DNA of 64,000 nt from Promethearchaeota archaeon (GTDB lineage Archaea; Asgardarchaeota; Lokiarchaeia; Sigyniarchaeales; SOKP01): NCBI GenBank assembly GCA_048941285.1, contig JBHLNS010000012.1, positions 8,859-72,858 of the forward strand. The letters run 5' to 3'. Made by a program: the position numbers and the translations under genes. Positions 37,454-47,046 of the stretch are shown here, piece after piece. The first letter of the stretch is position 1. The number at the start of each line of letters is the position of its first letter. The notes beneath the pieces are model-generated. The model did no database searches and was not told the origin of the DNA. It saw only the letters and a list, made by a program, of their open reading frames with translations.

Positions 37454-38443
37454 TTATTCGGGTACGGCGCATGAGGCCGGACCTTGTTTTAATTCTTTAG
37501 TTATTGCTTGAACAGGACAAATTTCTAGGCAATTTTGACAAGATTTGCAGTGAGATTGATCAATACCTTTCATATGCCATAGACCATCCTCTCCTCTTTC
37601 TCTTATAATTGTAAAATCAGGACAAATGTACCAGCACTGCGCACAGTCAGTACATTTTTCCTCATCCCAAATCATATTCCACTCACCCCAAGAACCAGTA
37701 TTTACTTGCTTACTCCCCATCTCTATAACATCTTCATCACAATACCACACACCCGCATCATCTATTTCTTTATATCCTGGTAATCCAGGATAAACCTGTT
37801 GCCAAGGAACTTTTGTATCAATGCTAAAATCAATATCAGGAGCTTCTGATGTTTCATAAATACAAGTCTCTTCATAAGCTTGTTTTATAGCAGCAACATT
37901 TTTCCCAGCAATTTCACCTTTGAATCGACGCATTATTGCATCTGCTAACGCATCAATAGAAAATATAGGCACCACCCTTAATAAAGCTCCTAAAATGATT
38001 GTATTTGTAATGTTTCTGCCTAGAATCTCCATTGCAATATTTAATGCATCGATTGTTGCGATATTTACATCTTTTCGACCAATAATTTGTTGAATTGATA
38101 CTTGATCCATTGTAGTATTAACAATAAGCCACCCTCCAGGAGCTAGTCCTGCTATAACATCAACTTCTCCTAAAAGTGAGGGATCTAATACAGAAACTGC
38201 ATGTGGTGCATAAACTTGTTCATTTGTTCTTACCAAGTCTTCATTTGCACTTAACCTAACATAACTTTCTGTTGGAGATCCCATACGTTCTGCACCAAAT
38301 AAAGGTTGGCAGACTCCATACCCATAAAATGCTTCAACACATAAATTAGAAGCAGTAACTCCACCTTGACCACCACGAGCATGAAATCTAAGATTCACTA
38401 CATTCTCTTTTAAAATTTCTTTCATTTTTTCTGGAGTTAGCAT
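37454..38443 (-). CDS. Fused gamma-delta subunit of 2-oxoacid:ferredoxin oxidoreductase
   Basis: Gamma part RFHARGGQGGVT and FGAERMGSP. Delta part TGSW, CTDCAQCWYICP and CKSCQNCLEICP (2x[4Fe-4S]). Confidence 0.9.
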   Translation of the reverse strand: MLTPEKMKEILKENVVNLRFHARGGQGGVTASNLCVEAFYGYGVCQPLFGAERMGSPTESYVRLSANEDLVRTNEQVYAPHAVSVLDPSLLGEVDVIAGLAPGGWLIVNTTMDQVSIQQIIGRKDVNIATIDALNIAMEILGRNITNTIILGALLRVVPIFSIDALADAIMRRFKGEIAGKNVAAIKQAYEETCIYETSEAPDIDFSIDTKVPWQQVYPGLPGYKEIDDAGVWYCDEDVIEMGSKQVNTGSWGEWNMIWDEEKCTDCAQCWYICPDFTIIRERGEDGLWHMKGIDQSHCKSCQNCLEICPVQAITKELKQGPASCAVPE

Positions 38444-38586
38444 TTTAAAATAACTCTTAAATTTTTTAAATTAATCAATTTCTATTAAATAAATATTTGG
38501 GTAAAAATTAAGTTATGCTTAATCTTTCTTAAAACTTTCTTACCGTTCTATTATCAAAAATAAGAGATGTAAATTAAACAATTGAA

Positions 38587-39837
38587 TTAACCATTTAATT
38601 CATCGTTTAGTTCCTTTACAACGTCTATACTTAAAAGAAGGATTTTTTTTATTCCTTCTTTCGAGACAAGATTCATATTATCTTTTTTCGTATGTACATA
38701 TTTTAATCCAGGTTGAGAGCCAAGCCAGCAAGCGTCATAACCTTGTTTTACAATCGGCATAAAATCAGACCACATACCTGTAGGTAAATAAACATCTTTT
38801 ACCTTAATTTTCAATTTTTTTGCTCTATTTAGAAATAAATTATTTAATTTCTCAGAAGATTTCCTTCGTGGAATTCCATAAGACGTAATTAACCTTATTA
38901 ATTCATTTCCACCAATAGGATCTAGATTAATGAAATAGGTGGATTTTTTATCAAATTCCTCATTGTGTTTTTGAATAAAGTCTTTTGCACCCCCTAGATT
39001 TAATTCTTCAGAACTAGGGCATAAAAAAATTAAATCGATGTTATTTAAAGGATTATTTTTATAATATTTAGAAAGTTCAATAATTGCTCCTACAGCTGCT
39101 GCATTGTCATATGCTCCAGGAGATTTATTTTCAGTTTTATTAAAAAAATTAAAATTACTGATTATACTAATTACAACACATAAGTATAACATTACTATAT
39201 TGAGAATCACATTGTTAAAAGAAAATATTATTTGAATGATAGAAAAAACTAGATATAATAGAATAATTACTATAAAACTAAAAAGAGCAACCATAAATAA
39301 AATAACTCTTAAACTTGTAGGGAAAGTTTGTGATTTTGAATCCCAGTGTCCCATAAAAATAACTTTTGCTTTTGAATTCTTACTTTTCAAAGCAGTATAG
39401 ATATTTTGAGTTGTGTAATTCTTTTCCTCGTTTCTAAATAATTTAGTCTGACTTGAAGTAGCTAAACCAAGAATTTTTGCACAAATATACACATTTAATA
39501 TGATTAATCCCAAACTAAGCCATGGGTTAATGAAATATGACAACGCTAGAAGGATTAGACAAAAACTCGAAAGAATAAAGGCATACCTTAAAATATTCCA
39601 AACATAAAAGGAAGTTTTAAAACTTTCTTTATATATTTGATTATATCCTGCTTTTTTGAACTCATCTGTTACAATTTTTACAGCTTTTCTTTCTCCTTCT
39701 GAACCAACTAATCGAGGAAAAGCGAGTCTTTCAGTTATTTTATAAGCATTATCAGCATCAAGTTTGTTATCAGTAAATCTTTTTTCCTTTACTTTTTCAT
39801 TTAATTCTTTAGGATTCATTTTTGATTTTAAAATCAT
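38587..39837 (-). CDS. Membrane-embedded M28 family peptidase
   Basis: PRLVGSEGE, GHWDSK, GAYDNAAAV, SEELNLGG, NLD, SDF and HT..D, with four TM segments. Confidence 0.88.
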   Translation of the reverse strand: MILKSKMNPKELNEKVKEKRFTDNKLDADNAYKITERLAFPRLVGSEGERKAVKIVTDEFKKAGYNQIYKESFKTSFYVWNILRYAFILSSFCLILLALSYFINPWLSLGLIILNVYICAKILGLATSSQTKLFRNEEKNYTTQNIYTALKSKNSKAKVIFMGHWDSKSQTFPTSLRVILFMVALFSFIVIILLYLVFSIIQIIFSFNNVILNIVMLYLCVVISIISNFNFFNKTENKSPGAYDNAAAVGAIIELSKYYKNNPLNNIDLIFLCPSSEELNLGGAKDFIQKHNEEFDKKSTYFINLDPIGGNELIRLITSYGIPRRKSSEKLNNLFLNRAKKLKIKVKDVYLPTGMWSDFMPIVKQGYDACWLGSQPGLKYVHTKKDNMNLVSKEGIKKILLLSIDVVKELNDELNG

Positions 39838-40775
39838 ACCTTTTTGTTATGTATAAAATATTTAAACCAATCGATTGGTAAATCTTTTTGTACTCTTTTC
39901 AGAAAATCTTTGACACTTAATATTCCTAAATTAGTAATAATCCCGGAGATATATTTAGAGGGTGTAATATCGAAATAATAATTATGAACTTCTAAAAAAC
40001 CGTTTAACAATGCTTCATTATAAATCTCATCCGAAGGTTTCTCTTCGATTAGGATGGGTTCTCCAAAATGGCTTCTTAAGTTATACTTAAAAGAATCACA
40101 TATAGCATATACCTTTTTTTTGTAAATTTTTGCTAACAATGCTAAGGGATGACTCCCAATTTTATTAATAATCGATCCGTCTTTTAGTATACTATCAACT
40201 CCAATTAGCACTAAATCAAGTTGATCAATAAATTTTCCAATTGCAGCGTCAATTATAAGATGAGTCTTATAGTATTTTGATAATATTTCAGCAGTTTTTC
40301 GTCCTTCAAATAAAGGTCTCGATTCGAGAACGTATAATTCAAGATTAAATTTATTAAATTTCTTCAATAGATTAATAATTGTAGAACTATATGATATAAG
40401 CATTAATCTACAATGAGATTTTGCATTCAAATTCAAGAATTCGTGAAAGTTTTCTTCAAGAGCCTTATTCCTAGAAATTCTATCTGTTTCGAATTGACTC
40501 AAACTCTCCATTATTGCATTCTTATTGAGAGGTATTGAATTTTGAATAATGTATCCAATAGTGTTAATTAGAGGCGCCATAGTGGGACGTGAGTCAATTA
40601 TTTTTTTAGCTAAATCAATTATTAAATCCTTGATATTTCCATTTGGATCTTCAACTAATTCTAACTGAGATCTCACAATTTCTAAAGCTTTAAAAACTAA
40701 TTCACTTGCTCCTGATGAATTATCTGTTCTTAATTCAGAGAGTTTTCTTTGAATATCAGACTCTTGATTATCCAA
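39834..40775 (-). CDS. eIF-2B alpha/beta/delta family (aIF-2B-like) protein
   Basis: D..SGASEL, RPTMA, ESRPLFEG, GVDSI..DG..INKIGS and NYYFDITP. It has ISYSST in place of the isomerase THCNS-type motif. Confidence 0.85.
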   Translation of the reverse strand: MDNQESDIQRKLSELRTDNSSGASELVFKALEIVRSQLELVEDPNGNIKDLIIDLAKKIIDSRPTMAPLINTIGYIIQNSIPLNKNAIMESLSQFETDRISRNKALEENFHEFLNLNAKSHCRLMLISYSSTIINLLKKFNKFNLELYVLESRPLFEGRKTAEILSKYYKTHLIIDAAIGKFIDQLDLVLIGVDSILKDGSIINKIGSHPLALLAKIYKKKVYAICDSFKYNLRSHFGEPILIEEKPSDEIYNEALLNGFLEVHNYYFDITPSKYISGIITNLGILSVKDFLKRVQKDLPIDWFKYFIHNKKV

Positions 40776-40937
40776 ACTGATTTGCCCGAGGATATTTTTA
40801 GTTAATTTCTGCCGATTTAAATGAAATTAATTTTCCATTCTTTAAAAATTCAAGTCTAAAAGTGCCAATTTCGAAATGTAGTTTTAGAGAAATAAAAAAA
40901 AAAATTATTTTATATAAATAAATTGTTTTATACAATC

Positions 40938-43166
40938 CTAATGGTGACCACGACAATGCCAATTCCATTTGTCAGCAGTAAATGCATAGGTTGTCCCAAA
41001 AGTGTGTTCGTAACCTGGTTGGTTAGCAACCACCATTACAGCAACAGTTTGGATTCGTTTATGGTTAATCATTACTAAAAGTTCTCTACCTGTTTCATCA
41101 TCATCATCAAGGCACATTCTATCTATATGATGCCATGTTTTAAAGGGAGTACCGTCTTTCTTGGATAATGTTGTTGATTTAATGAAGTTTACTTCAAAAT
41201 TATTGTAAACTATCTCATCATTCAAATACCATCCATAGTTAACCGCCCAATCACCTTCAGTTTCACAATCATCATAGAAATCAATTTCAGGGATTTCGAT
41301 ATCATCAAGATACCATCCTGAAGCAAGTGTATATCCATCAGTCCAATAGGTGAAGGAAAGTTCTATTGTGTGTCCTGCAAAAGGTGTAAGATCCATTTCT
41401 TCAGTATATATTACTCCACTGTCTCCTGTAAAAGCGTTCCAATTCTCAGTTTCGTTATAATTATATGGTTCTCTTTCATGAGGAGTGTAGTCATTGTCTT
41501 GCCAATGTGCATAATAATCTGTAGTTAGGATACCAGGAAGTGTAGTCCACAATCCAGTGTCATAATCATAAACTTCTACATAGCCATAATCCCAATCTGC
41601 TTCAATTGAGAAGTAGTTTGAGAAATAGAGCATTGCTCCTGTAGCTGGTATATCGAATGTTTGACTAAGTGTAAACCAAGACCATGCTTCGCCATCTGAA
41701 TACCAATTATGGGCACCACTGGTTGGTACAGCACCACAATAATCATCACCGTCAAACTCTACTTCAAACAAAAGTGGAGCATCATAGAACACAACATAAT
41801 TTGTTGTATAAGGCAAATTGCGTGAGTAATAGTATGGATAATTTACACCCTCATGCGGATATTCAGAAACAAACCATGGGAATAACGATGGAATACCATA
41901 ACCCCAATATTCCATGGAACCAGGTATACTCCATCCGTTGGAGTCATCAGAAGGCAAATCTAAATTATAGTAACCATATATCCCATGAGCAAATGAGGTG
42001 TCATCAAGATAATTTGCGATAGCCCAATCTTCAAAGATTTGGTCAAATGTTTTCTTAATACCGCGTGCAGCTAGAACATTATTCCAGCCCTCTATTCCAT
42101 TAGCTTGTTCATGACAGAAGTCCCAGATTAATGATTCTCCACCGTAGTGTTCGTACATATAGTATGTCCATAGAAAAGATACTCCATAATCAGCTAAATA
42201 TCCTTCCCATATTGTTAATGGTGTATCCCAGAACCATTGTAAATATTGGGCAATATGTCCTGGTGAAAAGCCATATCCACAAAGATATTCAGCTAGAACT
42301 GAACTTCCTTCATCAACCCACGAGAATTCATCAGGATCTACATCATTATTTACAAGATGTTGAAATTCATGGGCAAAGGTTCCTTCATATTGATTTTCTA
42401 AAACACTAAGATATGTAAAATCAAAATCAGTTAAAGGATCTATCATTGGAGGTACATCCCCTTGTCTTCTCCACCACTGATATGTATCCATGTGGAATGC
42501 ATTAACACCCCAAGCAGCAATTGAACTCCAGAAATACCCTGCAGTATAACCTGCAGCAGTAAGAGGAGAATAGAAAAATTCATCACGAAGGTTGAATATC
42601 ATAATTTGAGTTTTATAATCACCAAAAGGACCTGCTCGATCAGCATATTCACCAAAGTGCTCCACTACAGTGTCATGAATGTTGTTGTCAAATTCTTCTA
42701 ACACTTCTATTAAGTCTTGTCCAGTTATAGTGTCTCTATACCCAGGAGGTAAATAATAACCATCTGGATAATTTGAATCTGGGTAACCAGTAGGAGTCCA
42801 AGGATACCCAAACACCCAAATATCATCAGGACTAAACCCTGCAGGGCCATTATCAATGTACTCATCATATGTTGGATCTAAACTGATCCAGATATTTCCA
42901 TGAGTACCATTTAAGATGCTTTTAAATGGCCGCCAAACAAGTGTGCCTAAATAATCATCAAGTGTAGGATAAATCCATGGGCTATGAGGATAAGTAAATT
43001 CGACCCCTTCAAGTGTCATTTGATCAGCTAATTTCATATCATAGAGAGGTTCTACATCAAAAGTTGGCTCACTTTTAACCTCGCCTGCTGAATAAAATAT
43101 GATTGAAAATGTGCTAATACTTAAAAAGGTGAAGACTATTAGTAATGTAATTAATTTCTTTCTCAT
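40938..43166 (-). CDS. Secreted HEXXH zinc metalloprotease (immune inhibitor A / M6-M30-like)
   Basis: Signal peptide, AHEFQH, W.DEG.S..AE and a C-terminal jelly-roll with IEADWDYGYVEV and YWTD.....GWYLDDI. Confidence 0.85.
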   Translation of the reverse strand: MRKKLITLLIVFTFLSISTFSIIFYSAGEVKSEPTFDVEPLYDMKLADQMTLEGVEFTYPHSPWIYPTLDDYLGTLVWRPFKSILNGTHGNIWISLDPTYDEYIDNGPAGFSPDDIWVFGYPWTPTGYPDSNYPDGYYLPPGYRDTITGQDLIEVLEEFDNNIHDTVVEHFGEYADRAGPFGDYKTQIMIFNLRDEFFYSPLTAAGYTAGYFWSSIAAWGVNAFHMDTYQWWRRQGDVPPMIDPLTDFDFTYLSVLENQYEGTFAHEFQHLVNNDVDPDEFSWVDEGSSVLAEYLCGYGFSPGHIAQYLQWFWDTPLTIWEGYLADYGVSFLWTYYMYEHYGGESLIWDFCHEQANGIEGWNNVLAARGIKKTFDQIFEDWAIANYLDDTSFAHGIYGYYNLDLPSDDSNGWSIPGSMEYWGYGIPSLFPWFVSEYPHEGVNYPYYYSRNLPYTTNYVVFYDAPLLFEVEFDGDDYCGAVPTSGAHNWYSDGEAWSWFTLSQTFDIPATGAMLYFSNYFSIEADWDYGYVEVYDYDTGLWTTLPGILTTDYYAHWQDNDYTPHEREPYNYNETENWNAFTGDSGVIYTEEMDLTPFAGHTIELSFTYWTDGYTLASGWYLDDIEIPEIDFYDDCETEGDWAVNYGWYLNDEIVYNNFEVNFIKSTTLSKKDGTPFKTWHHIDRMCLDDDDETGRELLVMINHKRIQTVAVMVVANQPGYEHTFGTTYAFTADKWNWHCRGHH

Positions 43167-43173
43167 TAATTTT

Positions 43174-43317
43174 TCATCTCATTTTTTTTTTAGATATTAT
43201 GTATCTAGGTTTGGTGTTCAAATATTCCAAATTTTCTAGTTTTTGAAATATTACGATCATCCCCAAAAAGTCATCAAATTTCTGCAAGTGATTACCACCC
43301 TTCGAAATTCTAGACAT
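43174..43317 (-). CDS. Conserved leader ORF 1 (47 aa, MSRISKGGNHLQKFDDFLGMIVIF...)
   Basis: Starts about 29 nt after a TTTATATA box, ends 7 nt before the protease ATG, and is homologous to the ORF at 46566..46670. Translation is unproven. Confidence 0.4.
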   Translation of the reverse strand: MSRISKGGNHLQKFDDFLGMIVIFQKLENLEYLNTKPRYIISKKKMR

Positions 43318-43366
43318 TTTCAGTGATTTTTTATTATGCCGTTTAATATATAAATCTTATTTTTTC
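43262..43366 (-). promoter_or_regulatory. Duplicated promoter/leader, copy 1
   Basis: Close match to 46616-46720, including identical TTTATATATTAAACGGCATAATA and AATTTCGAAGGGTG blocks on the minus strand. Confidence 0.75.
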
Positions 43367-43704
43367 ATTTTACAATTATGAAAATTATATATGAGATTTT
43401 CTATGATAGTGTTTTTTACTTAAATGTAAGAGTAAGAATTATTTAATTGACAAACCTGTCACATATATTGGAAGATTTGGCATTTAAGTATTAAAAATTC
43501 TCTAACTAAATTTTGACAAAAATGAAAACATGAAAAAAGGTTATACATCCATATCATTGGATAAAATTTTAAATAAATTTTTTAAAAATCCAAAACAATT
43601 ATTTTTATCTTTAAATTCTAATAATTTTATATCTAATAATCACTGAATTAATATAGAAAATCTAAATAAAAAAAAATGTTGGGTTAATTTTCATCAACCT
43701 TTAA

Positions 43705-44060
43705 TTACACTTTAACAATATCTCCTACATACCAATAATCCCAATAATCAGTTAAAGAATGTAACCAAAGAATCGCTAATCCTTTCTTGCGATTAGGTAG
43801 TTTTACTAACGTTAAACGTGAATCAAGAGCAAAGACTTTTGAATGCCAATTTCCCATTGTATTAGGGAAGTATATGATTTCAAATGAATAATACTCCGAG
43901 TTGCCGAAATAAACTTGATATCTATCTATGATGATTAAGTATTCCCCTGGTTCAGTCAATTGAATAAATTCAGGAAAGGCACTTTAGCTCCATCTAGATT
44001 TACTTAATAATAGCCATCAGGAAATAGTTGATACACAAGTAAATCAAGATCGATTTGAAT
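43705..44060 (-). pseudogene. Remnant of a pre-peptidase C-terminal (PPC)-like domain of a secreted protease
   Basis: Reads IDLDLLVYQLFPDGYY*VNLDGAK, then a frameshift to AFPEFIQLTEPGEYLIIIDRYQVY: one in-frame TAA plus a frameshift. DLDL.V...PE.I....PG.Y.I.I is PPC-like. Confidence 0.6.
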
Positions 44061-44189
44061 TTTTATAGATTCAATACTCTAAAAGGATGTACTGAAAACC
44101 TATTCTATTAAATAATTTTATATTATTTAGCAAAAAAGAAAAAAAAATAGGAATTTTAAACTTATTTTATGCAAATTTAGCAGAAGATT

Positions 44190-44336
44190 TCAAGCAGCAT
44201 CTGCTTGAAGAAACCCCGAACTGTAATCAGTTCCATACCATTTGAAATAATCAGGGCCATACCATAAGAAATAAGCCCAATCGCCACCACAAAGAAGAGG
44301 TATTTTATTTGCTGCATTCTTTAATATTTTTTCCAT
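44190..44336 (-). pseudogene. Remnant resembling the C-terminal end of a subtilisin (S8) catalytic domain
   Basis: MEKILKNAANKIP...WYGTDYSSGFLQADAA* resembles the ...L..TA......YG.G.LDA..A ending of subtilases. No catalytic triad region lies upstream. Confidence 0.45.
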
Positions 44337-44432
44337 TTTTCCCTAATTTATCTTATTCTCTGAAATTGATTAAATTAAATTGTTAACAATGAGGAACAAA
44401 GTAATAAAAAAAAAAAAATTAGTTATTTAGAT

Positions 44433-46520
44433 TTATTGCATAGCAGTAAATTTATAATCAGCTATTCCATATTCCATAACAGTACTTATAATCAAGATGA
44501 TATCTTCATCATTACCAATATCATCAAAGTACATTCCAGTTTCATCCATATCTGAAAGTGTTAATTCGTGTATTTCATAGTTTTCACCATCAGTTTTTAT
44601 TATCGTAACTATGAAATCTGCTTCTTTTGGAACATTTTCTAAATCAAGATCAGCACCACTTACACTCGCCTCATAAATATACCATCCCTTTTCAAATGTA
44701 CCCCAATCGGTCATATAACGGAATCCTATAAGAACATCCTGCCCAGCATAGGCAGTAAGATCAAATTCCATTTCAATTCGACCACCAGAATAACCTGTTA
44801 ATCCTGGAAGATTATCAACTATTTTATGCAAAGCATGATAGTCATACCAAGGCACTGTATAGTCATTCGCAAGCGTTGTCCAAGTTTCACCACCATCATT
44901 AGATACTTGAACGAATCCAAAATCCCAATATGGTTCAATCTCCCATTTTGTATTAATGGATAATGTTGGATCTAGTGGATCGACATATGCTTCACCTGCA
45001 AGAAGAATATTCATTAAATCTCCTTTCTTAGTATGCCATGCACCTTTTTCAATACCCCACTCAAATGGATATTGAGCGAAATCATTTCCATCAAATAGGA
45101 TATAATTTTCACCTTCAATTCCTGTTAATGCTACATAATCTGTACCAAATGGGGCTAATTCGATTACGTGTGTGTCATAACCATTTGGTGCATATTCAGT
45201 TCCAGTTGTATATGTCTTTCCAAACTTCTCACTTGATGTCCATGGGATCTTCTTCTTACCGAGTTCATAAACTCTTATTTCTTCATCCAATTCACTTAAA
45301 TCAATAGAATCATATCCATATAGCCCATCTCCATTAAGAAGATTTGCTATTGTCCAATCTTGAAATACATCGTAATAGTCTACACCATATGGGGCCAGCA
45401 AAGCATTAATGCCATCCATTCCAGGATTCATGTTCTTGACATAATCTCCCATAAAAGTACTTCCGTAGTGATCAGTTAAATAAAGTGCCCATAAGAAAGC
45501 AGCTCCATAATCAGCCAAAATGTTTATATTACCTTGATCACTCCATTCAGTTAAGGAATTGTCAGGTGTAGCTAAAAACCATTCTATTTGACCAGCATCT
45601 AGTTCATATCCACATAGAGGTTCAGCATATAAAGAGCATGCTTCGTTCATGTAAGTATCATCACCAGGCAATCTGTCAGCATGAATATTATGTTGAAATT
45701 CATGAGCAAGTACAGATTCATATAAGTTAGGTCGTGTAACGACCATCTCAGGATGTTCTGGTATCCAAGAAGTCCCTTCAGGACCTAATCTTTGCCACCA
45801 TGCCCAACAATCAAGATGAACCATGTTTCTATTGTAGTAATCCCAGGTATATGTAGAACTATAGAAACCAGCTACGTATGATGGATAGGTAGGATCATAA
45901 TAGTTATCATCCCGATAATTTATGATTTTTAAAATAACTCTTTGAGGGTTATCAGGATCGGTTGTTTCAATCCAATCCCATGTATAGGAAGGCCAGCCTA
46001 TCGCTTCAAAAATAGTACCAGTTCCATCTCTATCAAATGGTGTACCAAAATAGCCCGTATCTATTGCATAGATTGTATCATCAAATTCATCTACTAAATA
46101 ATCAACCATATCATCAGTGATCTGCCATCTCCAAGGTTCATCATTTCTAGGATCACCAGCTGGAAATGAAAGGTCGTTTTGTACCCAAAGTTCAACAAAA
46201 TCACCAATGCCTCTAAGTGTCATCCAAGGACTACCACTTATTGCACCTACATACCAATCATAAACTACAGTGCCAACTGGAGGTGTTGCCATACCCAAGC
46301 TTGATTCAGCAGAATAATATGCAGGTACTACATCTGGATCAAACCTAGGTAACTGTACATTACCAGCAAGTCCACTTTTCCAATCTATAGGTTCATAATC
46401 TGGAAGTACAATTGGATTTTCTGTAAACACATTACCAAAAAATCCTAAAGTTAATGCGCCTAGGATTATAAATAATGCTACTAGAATTGAAATTCTTATT
46501 TTTTTCATTTCATATATCAA
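44433..46520 (-). CDS. Secreted HEXXH zinc metalloprotease (paralog of 40938..43166)
   Basis: Signal peptide, AHEFQH, MNEACSLYAE, IEPYWDFGFVQVS and FRYMTD...GWY. Confidence 0.85.
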   Translation of the reverse strand: MIYEMKKIRISILVALFIILGALTLGFFGNVFTENPIVLPDYEPIDWKSGLAGNVQLPRFDPDVVPAYYSAESSLGMATPPVGTVVYDWYVGAISGSPWMTLRGIGDFVELWVQNDLSFPAGDPRNDEPWRWQITDDMVDYLVDEFDDTIYAIDTGYFGTPFDRDGTGTIFEAIGWPSYTWDWIETTDPDNPQRVILKIINYRDDNYYDPTYPSYVAGFYSSTYTWDYYNRNMVHLDCWAWWQRLGPEGTSWIPEHPEMVVTRPNLYESVLAHEFQHNIHADRLPGDDTYMNEACSLYAEPLCGYELDAGQIEWFLATPDNSLTEWSDQGNINILADYGAAFLWALYLTDHYGSTFMGDYVKNMNPGMDGINALLAPYGVDYYDVFQDWTIANLLNGDGLYGYDSIDLSELDEEIRVYELGKKKIPWTSSEKFGKTYTTGTEYAPNGYDTHVIELAPFGTDYVALTGIEGENYILFDGNDFAQYPFEWGIEKGAWHTKKGDLMNILLAGEAYVDPLDPTLSINTKWEIEPYWDFGFVQVSNDGGETWTTLANDYTVPWYDYHALHKIVDNLPGLTGYSGGRIEMEFDLTAYAGQDVLIGFRYMTDWGTFEKGWYIYEASVSGADLDLENVPKEADFIVTIIKTDGENYEIHELTLSDMDETGMYFDDIGNDEDIILIISTVMEYGIADYKFTAMQ

Positions 46521-46565
46521 CTCTATTTTCTATGTAAAGTTTTTTTCTTTTCCATTTTCATATTT

Positions 46566-46670
46566 TTATTCAAATATCCTAAACCCGATACGGTTCGGGG
46601 ATATCACGAACAATGCCAAAAAGTCATAAAACTTCTTTAATTGATTTTCACCCTTCGAAATTTTAGACAT
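46566..46670 (-). CDS. Conserved leader ORF 2 (34 aa, MSKISKGENQLKKFYDFLALFVISPNRIGFRIFE)
   Basis: Same position relative to the TATA box as copy 1, and colinear with it without indels over the first ~24 codons. Translation is unproven. Confidence 0.4.
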   Translation of the reverse strand: MSKISKGENQLKKFYDFLALFVISPNRIGFRIFE

Positions 46671-46720
46671 TTTTAGTGATTTTTATATTATGCCGTTTAA
46701 TATATAAATTTTTTTTTTTT
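46616..46720 (-). promoter_or_regulatory. Duplicated promoter/leader, copy 2
   Basis: A-rich BRE-like tract and TTTATATA box; near-identical to 43262-43366. Confidence 0.75.
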
Positions 46721-47046
46721 CCATTGTTCAAATTTGAAAATAAAAAGGATATTCACTTTATGAATTTATCTCTAATCAGAATAACTCAATTATTATTGTT
46801 AATAAAGGATTAATTCTCTAACAAAAAATATGCTGAGTAAATTTTAAAGTTAAAATATCATAACATAAGGAAATATTTTTAATCATTTCATGATAAATTG
46901 GGAAGAGAATGAAGAATTAATTGATATTAGGATAAATTCGTTTCCCCTCGATGTTGCATAGATAGAAAAAAGATTTATATGTTTGAATATAAAAATCGCA
47001 AAATTGAATCTTAAAAGATTTATTATTTCTTTATTTTACTTAATTA

